DNA from: Octopus sinensis
Lineage: Eukaryota
DNA length: 64,000 nt
Assembly (NCBI RefSeq): GCF_006345805.1
Contig: NW_021831287.1
Span: 124,001-188,000, forward strand
Direction of reading: 5' to 3'
The position numbers and the translations under genes were made by a program. The notes beneath the pieces were generated by a model that was not told the DNA's origin, did no database searches, and was given only the letters and a program-made list of their open reading frames with translations. Below, piece after piece: positions 48,361 through 61,700 of this stretch (position 1 is the first letter of the stretch; each line of letters starts with the position of its first letter).

Positions 48361-49065
48361 TTTATTTTTATATTAATAAATGTATTTATAATTTGTCTTT
48401 CAACTCTAGTTTTCTTTATTTTTACCATTTTGGATAATCAAAAATTAACTAAAAATATGTTGGGATATTTTTGCCTTTGAACAACTGAGGGGTTATAATA
48501 TTTTATTTAAAAAGGGGTTAATTAAATTATCGAAAAGAAAATAAAGAAAAGAATGTTCAAAACTTACATAAAAATTCAAATTTCTTACAAATACTGGCAA
48601 AAAGTAATAAAATCAGTCTCAACTCTAACGATAACAGTTCTAAATATGATCTAGCGCTTTTCTATCATAAAAAATGAACCAAACTTTAATCCAGAATTTT
48701 AGTAACATTGCGGACTCTAATCATTAAAAAGGAACCTCCAGGATAACTTGATTGCCGAAATGGCTTCCCTCTGTCAGTTGTACACAAATTTTGTTAAAGA
48801 TCTTTAACTGATCATTACGGTTATTATTTTTAACGAGAATGCAGCTATAGGTATCTTTACTGATGACGGAAGAATATTGGAGGAGATGACTATCTTTTTA
48901 AGCAGAGGTGTCTGTTTTTGAAAGCAGGATGCATAAATATATATCCTGAAACGAATTTTACACTATCAGTTTCAGAACTTGATAAACTATACAAACGTGT
49001 GACATAATCATTTGGATTATGAAAACATGAGAGAAGAATGAGAAGTAGAGTATTTAATTAAATTA

Positions 49066-51518
49066 CAGTCAACCCTCATTAATCTGAAAAATTCGAATCG
49101 ACTTTCTTATGAAGGAATCTAAAATTTATATGATTGTTAGATAAATGATCAAATTAGTGATCAAATTACTAATCTGTTTATAAACACAATTATTTATTGA
49201 AAAAATCGAATTTGTTATATTTTGAGAAAAGCAATTCAAACAAGAACTTGATTTAATGACAATTTGAATTGAATCTTACGATCCTCGGTGCCCCCATGGG
49301 GCCTTCTGCCCTCGAATGCTCACTGGCTGGAAAAATTTCCCACTTATCCAAAATGATCGAGAAGCTTAAAGTCATCAAGCCTCATGTGGCTCTTTTCCTT
49401 CTCCGAAACCACTTTTCCGTCCCTAAGATCCTTTACACCCTAAGATGTGCACCCTGCTTTGAAAGAGGCGACCTTCTTTCCGACCTTGACAATATCCTCA
49501 GGCTCGGTACAAGCTCTCTTTGCAATCTGGCTTTCGACGATCCAGGCTGGACTCAGGCATCCCTGCCTGTGCGCTGGGGCGGCCTTGGCTTGAGATCCTA
49601 TTCCGATCTTGCCCTCCCCGCATTCCTATCCGCTTATCACGCTTCTCGTACTCTCTCAGACATCGTTCTTAGAAACCTCCCCGAACGGAAATTGTCTGAA
49701 GATTACTCTGCTGCCCGTGGTCGGTGGGAGGCTCGGTTTGGTTTGAAGCTGCCCAATTCTCAGTCAATGGGACGAAATCTCTTGTCAGGCAATTTTCGAA
49801 GGCCTTCTTCCTGTCTCCAATCAACACCGTGTCGCTTGCCTCCGTGCAGGTCGCTGCGAAGGCAGCGGTGTCTGGTTAAAGGCTCTCCCTTCCATCGGGA
49901 ACCTGGTGGACAAGGAATGCCTAAGAATTGCAATCTCCCTCCGTGTTGGGCTGAAAATCTGCCAGACGCACAAATGCCGTTGTGGGGGAACTGTTGACGA
50001 GTACGGTTTGCACCCCCTCGCTTGCCGGCGGAGTGCCGGTCGTGCCCCCCGTCACAGTGAACTCAACTCAGTCATACAGAGAGCCCTCGCTTTAGCTGGC
50101 ATCCCGTCAATCCTTGAACCTGTTGGACTGGATAGAGGGGATGGCAAACGCCCAGACGGCATGTCCACCTTTCCATACGAGCAGGGGAAATCCCTTATTT
50201 GGGATTCTACCTGTTCGGACACGTTCTCGCTGGGAAATCTCGCTCTGTCCGTCGCCAATCCTGGGCACGTTTCGAGACAGGCCGAGGAGCGAAAGATTCT
50301 CAAGTACGGCCACCTTTCCAACTCGCTGTTCTTTACTCCAATTGCCGTGGAGTCCTCCGGGATTTTCGGCCCCAAGACACTCCGCTTCCTTCGCTCGCTC
50401 GGTCGACGGATTTCAAGGACTAGCCACGATCCAAGAGAGTATTCTTGGCTCATGAACGTCTGTCGATTGCTGTGATCCGAGGGAACGGCTTCGCCATTCG
50501 CGAGGCTGGCCGGTGTCTCGTGAGGCCTTTAATTAGCTTGGCTATCTTTTTACATTTCACAATTAAAATATTTTGAGTTAAAAAAAATTGTATTGCATCA
50601 AATAAAGTGGTTGGGCAAATATCGTAACTCTGGCCATCTTCATCATTAAGTATGATATCTTCAACAGTGTATTCTTCTTTAAACAGTGCAATGATTTCAT
50701 CGTCATCAATGACTTTTTCTGTTTTAAGCATATCTTCTTCAATCATAACTTGGTCTAGCTCATTATTGTGTACCTCAATAATTGGATCTGAAACAACTCT
50801 CCTTCAGCATAATGCTCATCCAGACCTTGAATAATTCTATCAGCATCATACATTGAATTTGCTTTTCGGTGAAGAACTTTCAATTTCACATTGAACCGAT
50901 TTTTGAATCTATATAGCCATCTTTTGCTAAATTGCAAATCTTCGATATTTATCTTTTGTCCAAATTCCTTTTCTTTAGTAATAATAATTTCATCAGTCAG
51001 GTAACATCCATTCGAAATATCCATTCTATCAATAAATTCTCAAGCAAATAATGATTTTTAGAAGCTTGTCTATAGTAAGTGTTGGAGCTCTCACTATTTT
51101 TCCATTGTTTTTTATTTTTCAAAATTTGAGATAAAGTAGAATTTCCTAGGTCCAGGTTTAATTCTCTTCTGATAATTTGAGACAATTCATTCAGCGACAT
51201 TTTCCTCGAATCCTTAATTTTACAAATCTGTTCTTTTAGATGAATTTTGATTTCAGTCCTTTTTCTAACCATTGAATTACAAAAAGTGTGCTGTTAATTA
51301 AATTTGAACAAATTAATTAAAAAAATTAATCAACAAAATTATTTTTTTAATAATAATAAATAAAATTAATCCGAAATTATATTAATCCTAGCGTTCGGAT
51401 TGCGGATTATTTAATTTTCGGAGCATTGAATCAAATTTGGCAGGAAAAAATTGGAAAATTTATAATTTCAATTAAAAAAATTCGGATTATTGAAGTTCGG
51501 ATTAACGAGGGTTGACTG
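49066..51518 (-). mobile_element. Tigger-like transposon interrupted by a CRE retrotransposon
   Basis: TIRs cagtcaaccctc(a/g)ttaatc(t/c)gaa with TA on both sides; MVRKRTEI...LENLLIEW and FSKRWLYRFKNRF. Confidence 0.8.
49269..50525 (+). mobile_element. CRE-clade retrotransposon, 5'-truncated
   Basis: ILGAPMG, ALFLLRNHFSVPKILYTLR, QASLPVRWGGLGLRS, CRCGGTVDEYGLHPLAC, KRPDG, AEERKILKY, PIAVESSG and RLSIAVIRGN. Confidence 0.9.
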
Positions 51519-52171
51519 TATGATGAGTCGTTAATAGAAGCAGGAAAATTTACATAATTGACCTAAATCCATATGACAATACTCATTTTTTATGTTAAAA
51601 ATAAATGCAAAATACATTTTTAATAATAGACTGGTTAGCTTTATTTGCTAGAATATTTTTAATTTGAAAATGTAATTTCTTTTTTCGTCGCTATATTTTC
51701 GACATCTAGTTTTTTTGTCGAAATATTTTAATATTTTCTAAAAAAATGTGAAACAAAGCTTCTTATTATCATTTATCGAAAGAAATGTAAGCAACTCTTT
51801 AAAACCCATTAGTGTTTATCGGTTGATAAATAATTTCAAACCACAATTGTGTATTGATCAATCTCCATGGGATTGACAGATTTATGTATGGCCCTTGAGA
51901 TATTTAACTAATTATTCAAAGAGATCTAATTTTAATACAATGTAATTTTCTTGATGTAGAAAAGAGCGATATGAATGGGTCAGATTTATAAAAAATTTTA
52001 TCAATAATTGATTTGTGAATTTTGAAAAATCCTGAGATAACATAAATGAAAACCAATAAGTATAATATTAACAATAGTGCAAATATTAAAAAATAATGAG
52101 CTCAATTAGTAATTAGGAGCATTGATAGAATAAATTGATTTGAATGAACTGTTATAGGTGTTAAATCACTA

Positions 52172-53880
52172 TTAAATATTGCATGTTCTATATTGATAAC
52201 TGTCCAGAGATCTAAAAAATGCGGGTACAGATTACCTCGTCTGCAACATATCGTGAAAATCTGGCATTTTAGTAACATAGCGGACTCTAAAAATAAAGAT
52301 TATGAAACGAAAACTCGTCAAATCGTTCTCTCGGAGGGGATTTTTTGGCATCAACTAAAAAATTGATAATAAGATTAATACCATTTTTCCATTTTTTGCC
52401 AACACTTTTTCTTTTATTTAGTATTCTCACGAATAATAAAATAAGTAAAAGCAAAAGTAAGAATCCAATTATGGAAAATGTGATTGTAAAGATCAGATTT
52501 TGGGACATCAAGTTACCGAGAATTATTTTCGTGTCTACGGAGAAATGGTATGATTTGAAATAAATCCCGCGGTCGTTCTTTAAAGTGAAGGCAACGATCT
52601 GAAGATCTCCAGAATACGAAAATATGATTTTAATACTTTTCTTGTCATGTCCAACCCAAAATTTGTTTGTTCCTAAAAATGTTTTTACTTTTATGACCAT
52701 TTGCAATAGGAAGCATTTTGTAGTCAGAATACCACGTGATCTCAGGACTTGGACTTCCAATGATTGACAGATTAAAAATATAAATTTGTCCAGATTTAAC
52801 AGTTGGCTGGTAATTGGTGATTATTCCTGTCGGTTTTTCTAATAAAAAATTAAAAACAAAACTGCCTTCAATTATCACTTTGAACTGCCGATGAGCTGAG
52901 AAAACATTGAGGTTAGTCCCCACACAGACGTACTCAAGGTTGTTCCCCATTTCAGATGGAATTACAGAGGTCCCTGTCAAATCGTAGTACTTCACAGAAG
53001 GTTCGGGTCTTATTTTCATCAAAAAAAGATAAACCTTCCATCAAATGCACACTTTATAGCAGACTGACCCCCATTTAATATTTTAAACACATAATTGGGT
53101 CTGGGAAATATAATTTTAGGCTTTCGGTTGATTAGACTAGCTATGAACTGAAAAATATTGAATACGGACGATTTGGGTTGACGATGAGACCAAAAGTTTG
53201 TGTGATTTGAGAAAAAGAGTTTGCTGATACTCTACAACGGAAAAATCCGCTGTCGGTTTGTTTCAGATTTGGAATAACCAATCGATCTATCAAAATATAT
53301 TCCCAAAAGCACGACTCGACTCAAAAATATACTTCTCATTCATTTTGCTGACAGTTTCAAAGGAATACTGTACAAGTCCTTGCGGAAGAGTGCTATCGGT
53401 CCCGCAAAAGATGTCCAAGCTCTCCCCTTCAAGTTTACTAAGTACCACAGAGGACTCTGTAAAATCTAAAAAATGAAGATTTCTGCTCACTTTGGTAGTA
53501 TACGTCGATTTTGGGGATTGACGAAATGCCACAAATAGTAGAGGCCACACACCTGTAAGCTCCTGCTAGAAGTGGAGAGGACATGAGAAATCTCAACTGT
53601 CCAGAGACATTTTGTAAAGTCAGACTAGCAAGAGAAGCATTGTGACTCAACAGTTTATCGTCCTTGTACCACTGAAATCTATTGTTGTGGTAATATCGAC
53701 TCTACTTTGCATTAAGTTGGCCACAGTTACTGCAACCACAAGTAAGGACCAAATTCTGATGAAGGACCTGAGCCCCAAGGGTAAAGTTGTGAATCAGTGG
53801 GTAATCGCAGGCTAAACAAATTTGTCGATACATAAATAACCTCGAAAAATGGGGGAAAAAATGAAAACCAAATAATACAT
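52172..53880 (-). CDS. Type I membrane immunoglobulin-superfamily protein (several Ig domains, TM, short Tyr-containing tail)
   Basis: Signal MYYLVFIFSPIF; LVLTC...FQWYKD...GAYRCVAS; SPSPEITWY; TM TFSIIGFLLLLLLILLFV; tail ...VRYVTK...SYQYRTCNI*. Confidence 0.7.
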
Positions 53881-54093
53881 ATTTACTAAATTGATTTGCG
53901 CGCAGCTGTTAAAGTATAAAGGACTCATAACGTAAGCAAAGCGTTGACACAAGTACATCATTGACGAGACCATATCGATCGCCAGTGACTCTACAATAAG
54001 CCCTAAACTGCCTACAATCACTTTAGTAACCAATTCCAAGCCCGGATGTAATACAAAATTAATAAGAACAAGTTGCGTAAGTGTTTTAATTTC

Positions 54094-55021
54094 CTAATGA
54101 TTTGTGTTCTGATCTGGCCCTTCCAAGGACACATCTCCTGAATAAGAACAGAGACTTCTCATCGATGGGGATGCCGGGGCTGACTGCGTATGACTGACCT
54201 TCATAGACTTTGCAGGAGGACACCGAAGAGGGGAAGCGGGAGCTGAGCTGAAAATAATCAAACAAACACTCACTCTGTCACAGGATATGACTTTTTATAA
54301 AACTTTCTTGTACTCGACCTCCTTTTCATAAATGCCGAAGACATCAAAAAATTATATTGGGATGGTTCAAAGCACCAATAGGACCCCTTTCCAAGATCAT
54401 TTGGAGATCTGGAGATTCTTATAAAGTTTGGACTCAACGACAAATTATGTCGGATAGAATTCTAAACCTCAAAAAATCAAAAGACCTGCCAACTTCTGTC
54501 CCCGGGACTGAAGTAGGAATAATTCTTGGTTATGTAATTGTATATTTCGCTGAGAGTGGCTCGCTTATTTGGGGAGGAACCGATGGCCTGGGCGATTATT
54601 TGTGCGTATGAATAAGGCGGTTTAGTTTTTGTGTCGACGGGCTCTTCCTCTTTTGGAGATTCGAGTGGAGTGGACAGAGGAAACAGATTTGATTCAAAAT
54701 AAACGACGATTGTTGTACTGGGGAAACGGAAAGAGGACCTGAAGGTCAATAATAATTGGGGAACCTTGGATTGATGGGGTAAAGTTGCTGGTTTTCTGTG
54801 ACGAGTATTTCGTCGACAAAAACACCATTTTTGCTCAAACATTTAATGTAAAAAATGTTATTTGAAAGAAGAATTGAAAAATGTTTTCGGGAAATAAAGT
54901 TGGATGAAAAAACTGGTAAATCGACCCCTTTTGAAGAAGCAGCTCGTCCGATCGTAAAAATATATTTGTTCATATAATACATAATATCTGTATGCTTAAA
55001 AATTGCCAACGGCTGCGACAT
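54094..55021 (-). CDS. FOXK: Forkhead box K transcription factor (FHA + forkhead)
   Basis: FTIGR...ISRKH...CLSKNGVFVD (FHA); KPPYSYAQIIAQAI...WQNSIRHNLSL...GKGSYW; SAPASP. Confidence 0.9.
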
Positions 55022-56849
55022 GCCACACAATTTGAATTTTTTTATTTTATGATAATTCGTTATTTGTCATTGTTTTTTAAATAATTTGAATTTAATTATT
55101 AATATAATAATAATTAAATGTTTGATTATTTAGTTATAAACATGCTTAATTATTCTATATCTCAGAATGTCCTAATTAATATGACCTAGACCTGAATACT
55201 TGTTCCAAAAAACAAAAAAACCAACCAAAAATCAAAATTTTAAACATTTTATCGGCTAATTAGGTTGAGCATAAATTCCATGTGCTTATTTTGGGTCGTG
55301 TCATGTCATCATTATATTTATTTACGTGTCCATAAACCACCGGTAACAGTCAATTATCGAAATATTATTTGTGGTCACTAATCTCCACGTAAAACCAATC
55401 GAAACCAAATTATTATTGTTATCAATCGTCGTTGTGTTTAAAAATTTTGCGTTTGCATTTTTGAACATACAGAAAAAAGTAATTAATTAAAAACTAGATT
55501 TAAAAGTATTTGAGAATAAAATAATATTGTTTTGGGTTTGATTGCATAAAGCATTTTGTTTATTCGAAATATTTTTCACATTTATTATACAAAATGCCAA
55601 ATTTGCTAGTTTATACAGTAATCAATGATTATTAATCAATCATTTAACTTTGATGTGTAAAAATTTACAAGCCCCAACTGATCTTTGTGCAACTGCCTGC
55701 ATTCCTTCGCTTTAAAACTTAGAAAAACGTGAACTACTGTAACACTAATGAAATAGAAATTAAAAACCAAATGGAGACTAAGAAGAGACTGGCTATCTTT
55801 TTTGGCATTTTCTGACAATAGAAAGACCTTCAAAATATTTATGTGGTTAGTTAAAAGTGGAGCTCTCATTAACCTTTTTGTTTTAAATTAATTACAGTAA
55901 TTCTTTGAACTATAAAACCATCAATTAATAGTCAAAATATGATATATCTGTTAGTTTCATCTACTAGGTTGTAAGTTTCATCTTGTAAACTCGACGTTCT
56001 TCAAACGCGGATATTCATTTTTCCCTTTAAGTTTTCTCTTCTATTCATAAAGTTCATCATGGACAATTTAGGTTGGAAAGCTCGTATATTGACTCTTGAT
56101 TCATCAACTGCAAGGATAATGAAAATTCCTGTCCATCGGAGAGATATTCTACTATTCCGATTATCATCTTTTTTCCGTTTCTTTGAAGTCACAAGTACAT
56201 CTCAAGTAAATACAATAAGGACAATCTTCACTTTTGCGTGTTATATCAGCTCCAACTTTTTAAATATATAATTGCTGGGCTACAGTGATTCAATGCTTAG
56301 AGATTATTTTTAAGAACGATTATATTAAAGATATTCTTATATAAATTAGCTAAATGCAACTATTTTTAATATTTTTTAGTATCCTACTACGTAGACAATT
56401 GGTGTGAGATTATATTGTAGTATTGCTACATTTTCGATTACCCATTGACTAATCTATATTTTCTTTTATTAAAAATACAAAAATTAATCAAAATTCTGAA
56501 TTTATGTGAATGACCCCACATATCTGCAAAGCAGGTTTTGTGAAAAGTCAAGTCTTTCTTTTAAAAAAAGAAATGTTTGATGATAGTTCACTAATGAATT
56601 AGTTATACGAATAATTGTCCTTTATCTTATGTTTTCAATGTCGTTTCTTGTCAGAAATGACAGTGGATGTCATGATTATTATAAAATAATCCCACAATGA
56701 TTTGCCTTAATCTCTCATTTCATGATTTATTTATGAAACACGAATAAATCGGGGTTCGGATTTCTAAATTCACAGGCGATGCCAGCGACTGAGGATATGC
56801 TCTGTTAGTCGTTTTCATTTTCCCCTGTTTTGTGCAAGATTTCTCAGTG

Positions 56850-57550
56850 TCCAGATCATCTATCGATTTCAGTTTTCTTCAGATTGTTTTGAGTGCATGG
56901 TCCAGCGTGGTCAGTAATTTGTTCTTTGTTTACCCGATATGTTGTATTGTTTGATAAGCAGAAGTAAGATTCCATGGCCTGATTAGCTGGAGTAATTTGC
57001 AATGTTCTTAAGATATGTCCGAAGAGCTGCCATTTCATGGCCATCACTTTATTTGCGGTTTGAGATGTATGAGTAATTCTGTACAGTTCTTCGTTGCTCA
57101 TCTTTTCAGCCATCGAACTCCTAGGAGTTGTCTTAATTTTCGTCCTTGGAACAAGTTGAGCTGTTCCAGTTCTTTAGCGGATAGACCCCAGGTTCCTGCG
57201 TTGTAAAGTAGGATTGGTTCAACGAAGGAATTTTTAATTCGAATACGAAGGCGTACTTCTATTTATTTGCGCCTCATCCAGATCGTCCACATTTTTTTGA
57301 AAGAAGCAATAGCCAGCACTTTCCTTCGAATAACGTCCTCTAAATCCCCAAGGAGAGATCCAAATTTCTTGCAAGTTCTCCACTTCCCCTCGCTTCTCGT
57401 CGCGAGGCGGGATATGGTTGTTTTCGCTGTTTTATCTGGGTTTACGACCAAAGACCATTCATTCAGCGAATAAGGAATCACTTTTAGTAAGTTTTCGAAT
57501 GAATTCTGGTCTCGGCAGACGAAATCATTGTCGTCGGCGTAAATTACTTT
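56850..57550 (-). mobile_element. RTE-like LINE fragment
   Basis: YADDNDF, CKKFGSLLG, EPILLYNAGTW and KWQLFGHILR. Confidence 0.75.
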
Positions 57551-58199
57551 TGTTTGACTAAACTGTTAAAATATCAAAAAAATATTATCAGTTTGAAGTA
57601 TAGGTTGAATAGGTAATATTCAAACCACCACTTCGTGGGATTAGCAACTGTTTCTATGGCCTATCATCTTAGAAAACAATTTGTTAGACATAAAAGATTT
57701 GAATATTTTAAATAAATATAAATTTACTCTTCTATTGGCTGGAACTTGGGAATTTGTTATGAAAACTGTTTTTAACAAACTTTATCACGAGTTTTCGTCC
57801 GTGGTTTGAAAATCCCGTCGGAATAATACAAATCTTACCAAGCATTAGTCAGCAAATATCATTCAAAGCAGTGAAATGAAAAATGTTATCAAAATCATCA
57901 AAAAACGATAATTTTGACTTTTAGCTTTGATTCGGAATTACAAGATTTAAGTCAAGACAGATTAAGGTCATGTAGATTAAACGATTATTGTTTATCCTTT
58001 CAAAATTAACATTATCGATTAATTATTGGTGATTTCGGATATTGCAATTAATAAAATTGCAAAAATATTTTTTTTAATTAACAGTCACCACCAAATTCAA
58101 CAGAAAAACAAACAACCAATCTCGTGTCACTCAATTTATTATTTCAATCTCCAGCAATTATTATTATTTTACACTAATGGAAAATCATGAGCTAATTAA

Positions 58200-58450
58200 G
58201 TTTTCCTTGTGTGACGGTTATTATCCTTCCACAAATACGTTTCCAAGCCCCCTTGTTGTTTGGTAATGTTCGTAGTGCTTCGCGATCTCTTCCACGGAAT
58301 GCACCTTCAGATAGCTTTCCATAGCTTTCAATCAAGATATTTGGCAGAGTGAGATTGTCTAGTCTTAATATGCGGCCAAAAAGTCGTCATCTGGAATTTA
58401 AAATGTCCATGGAGGTCGGTTTCAATCACATCTTTTTATAAGTTCGAGTT
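58200..58450 (-). mobile_element. RTE-like LINE 3' relic
   Basis: RLFGRILRL and NKGAW motifs. Confidence 0.45.
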
Positions 58451-59739
58451 TGATATTTTTTTGGAAATTGTATGTTTATAATTCTTCTTAGTTGTTTTCG
58501 ATGAAATTAGTTAAAATTGATTATTTCAGCTTTGGTGATTTCCCATATCTATCTGTTATACGTCAGGACTCGAACAACAAACATTTTATGAATCTTTAGT
58601 TTTTTCTTTGTACTTTGCTTTTTTAGACGCCAAATGTTTAAGAATTTATAGTATATTTATTTCGATGGATGACATCTTCAGAGTCACCTAGCATAGTGAT
58701 ACGACTTTTCATGCTTCAGGGTTCATCATAAATACGTTTAGCTCGAACAATTTTCGTGTATTACGTTTTATTATAATTTACGGTTAGAAACAATTTGGAA
58801 AATATTTTTTCCTTGTTCCCGTCGATACTGTTACTCACTTGACTCAACAGATGCGACGAAAGACGGATTGATACGTTCTTTTTTAGGAAGCAGGTTTCTC
58901 GTTTGGAATGCCACATGTTTTGACATCTTCTCAAAATGCCTATAGTCTTCGTCTGCGACATGCCTGTTTTTTGCCTAAGCTTAAAAGGAATCAAAATACA
59001 CCTTTCTAGAATTCGTCTCACTTGCATTTGAAACAAGTGATTTTCTCGGTATGTTAGGAGATCGAAACAAGAGACTTAGGAGATCGGAAGCATGATTTCA
59101 AAAAGTACACTGGAGAGAAGGAAGACGCTATGGCTGTTCCAGAAAATCTCAGTAACGGTCCAAGAGAAGACTGCATGGTTATCCACGATACGACCAATTC
59201 TCCACTCATACATATTTCTCATGAAATTTTCCCGAAAACAATTTATGAATTTTTTCAAAAAAATCACAAATAAACATTATACTAATTCTTCATATAAAAT
59301 GTTTAGATGATTAAATAAAACATTAAAGTAAATATTTAACATTGAAGAACAGTTTATCACATTGGATGACGTCGATTCCACGTTTTAGTCAAACTTTATG
59401 TCAAATTTGGTTTTGAATCTCCGACAATGACATAGTCAGTAATATTGATGGCAACACTGTAAGAATTAAACATTGTAATAGCTTAAAGGTGGTTGGACGG
59501 GAGCCCCTAAAATGTCATTAGATGTCTACAAATACGCGTTCAAGTAAATTCAGGGAATTTGTTTTGTGTGTTTGTTTTTATTTGAATACGACAGCTAACT
59601 TGTATGGTCTCAAAACCAGTTTCTAAACAATCCAAATTCGGTTCACATTGGCTGTCATTATTAAGACAACCATTATTATAGCACATCCCGTGGGAACATA
59701 AACAGAAAAAATTACATTCTTAAACGTATCACATACGAT

Positions 59740-61700
59740 ACGACCTTTCTAACTATTTCTTTCTAACTTCCGCGGTTTTGAGTCAGCCTCCGAAGTTCTT
59801 CCAGGTCATCACAGTCGTTTAAGGTTTTCTCCGAGCATATCAGATTATATTGCAGAGAAAAAGGCAGTGTTGTTCGGGGTTATCCACTAAATTTTAATCC
59901 ATTTGACAGAAAGTATTTCTCCATCGTTCGGTAGGTAAGTGCAGTTGGATCCATTCTTAGAATGTGCCCAAATAGCCTCCAGCGACCGTCAATGATGTTC
60001 CGACTGATTGGCACCGAGTTACTGAGCCTGTAGAGCTATGGATTGTGGATTTTCTTAGTTCTGTATTAGAAATGCAGTAAGACTAATCTAACAAAAACAT
60101 TTTAGATTCTAGCAGTAATGGGTGCGCAGACAATATTTTAACCAATCCTGCATGACGGTTTTTAGAGCAATAGTGACCAGTATCTTTCTGCCAACGATAT
60201 CTTTCCGGTCTCCAAGCAGTGAACCAAGTTTCTTCTACAGCAGGCATTCTCAACCTTTTTTGTTCATCGCCTTCTTAAATATTTTATCGCTCCCTTGTCC
60301 ACATACAAATTAAAAATTTTTGTGCATTGTCCCTTAATTGGTTGTTTTTTTGTATATAACTCAAAAATCAAAATATAAAACAATAAATCAAATGTAAAAA
60401 TTGAATTTTTACTAAAAATTATTAGCGAGACCCTTGATATTGATGTTTACTCGCTAAATATTCAATGTCTGGTTTAATTCTCAACTTTAGGCGTATATCC
60501 CCTCTATAACACACTTCCAGTTTATTTCTTTCACATTGTGTGTTATAATTGACAAAACTAAATCCACTATCAACTAAATAAGTGGTCGTGAATGTCAATA
60601 GTACATTTCTAATTTCCTTCCATAAATTTAGAAAATTTCGTTTGTAGATCTTTTAATTGACAAAATTTAGAGATACCATCCTATTGAAATCTGTGAATAT
60701 ATTCTTCATTATATTTCAATTCAATTATCTCTTCTTAGATTGTTTCGTTCATATCTTCTAGCACACATAGAAACGGATCAATCATCCATGCTTCAAATTC
60801 CAAATCAAACAAATCTTTGAATCTAAGAGATATATCCGCTTCTAGTTCCATCAAATGTTGACAATATGTCATAATATTGTTTTGACTAAAATATTTACTT
60901 TTCACAGATTATTGTGAAATGTTTCCAAGCTGATTTATAAAAAAATTATGTAAATAAAGCAATAATTTTCTTGCAAATGTTTTCATTAGTTGACAAAATT
61001 TACTTTGAATACACCCATATTTTAAATATTCGTTTTGATGATGACGACTTTTCTTATTTGAACGAGAAGACATCTCAGATATCAAACAAGAATGTAAAAC
61101 AGCGTGTTATTTAGAATATAAAATTAAAGGATAAACACTATAGAAGAAATATTAATAAATCTGAAACATTATTAAAATTAACATGTATAAATACTTGATT
61201 ATATTTAAATTCGAATATTTTATCGCCCCCTTTGACCTAATTATCGCCCCCTGTACAAAATTTTCGCCTCCGGTTAGAACATCTGTTTTACAGTCTCCAG
61301 TTTTTCATGAGTTGTGTATCCAAACGTGATACATCAATAACGTTGGTCTTGTAAATGTTAATGGTTTGAAATCATTCCTCAGTTTCTCTGGTGGAATCTC
61401 TAATAATTTTAGGAGCGCGGATTTGTTGGTCGATTCAGAGTTACTTCTGTAATTTACCCTTTATATAGGCTTCTCAGCTATTGCAAAGCAGCCTTAAAGT
61501 AAATCACAAGTAGCAGATATCTCCTTGATGGGTTCCCACATCTGTCGGGAAAAGTGTGGCGATTTTGTCTCAAGGAGAACAGTGAGATCCATTTTTGTCA
61601 GTCTTTTAGTGTCTTCTTTATAGAGAAGCTTTGCAGGACCTTCATGAGTAAATCTCGGTGGATGAAATTGAAAGTTCTTGACATATCAATACCAAAAATT
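59740..61700 (-). mobile_element. RTE-like LINE fragment interrupted by a hAT element
   Basis: VGTHQGD near 61520; GRWRLFGHILRMD near 59960; DDLEELRRLTQNRG near 59790. Confidence 0.65.
60241..61285 (-). mobile_element. Internally deleted hAT Buster-type transposon
   Basis: Imperfect TIRs caggcattctcaacc / ggttagaacatctg; 8-bp TSD ttcTAcag / tttTAcag; C-terminal transposase relic WMIDPF...DIRL...KPDIEYL...QYQGS. Confidence 0.75.

Noticed and set aside
58561-58575. tRNA B-box-like gttcgagtcc on the minus strand
   Set aside because: No A-box or cloverleaf around it.
58750-59300. Faint resemblance to Polinton DNA polymerase B (DEDYRHFEKM)
   Set aside because: A single short motif among stops; not enough to call.
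59545-59722. Cys-rich minus-strand stretch (CNFFCLCSHGMCYNNGC...QCEPN), EGF-like
   Set aside because: An isolated segment abutting a LINE end, with no start or further exons that I can support.
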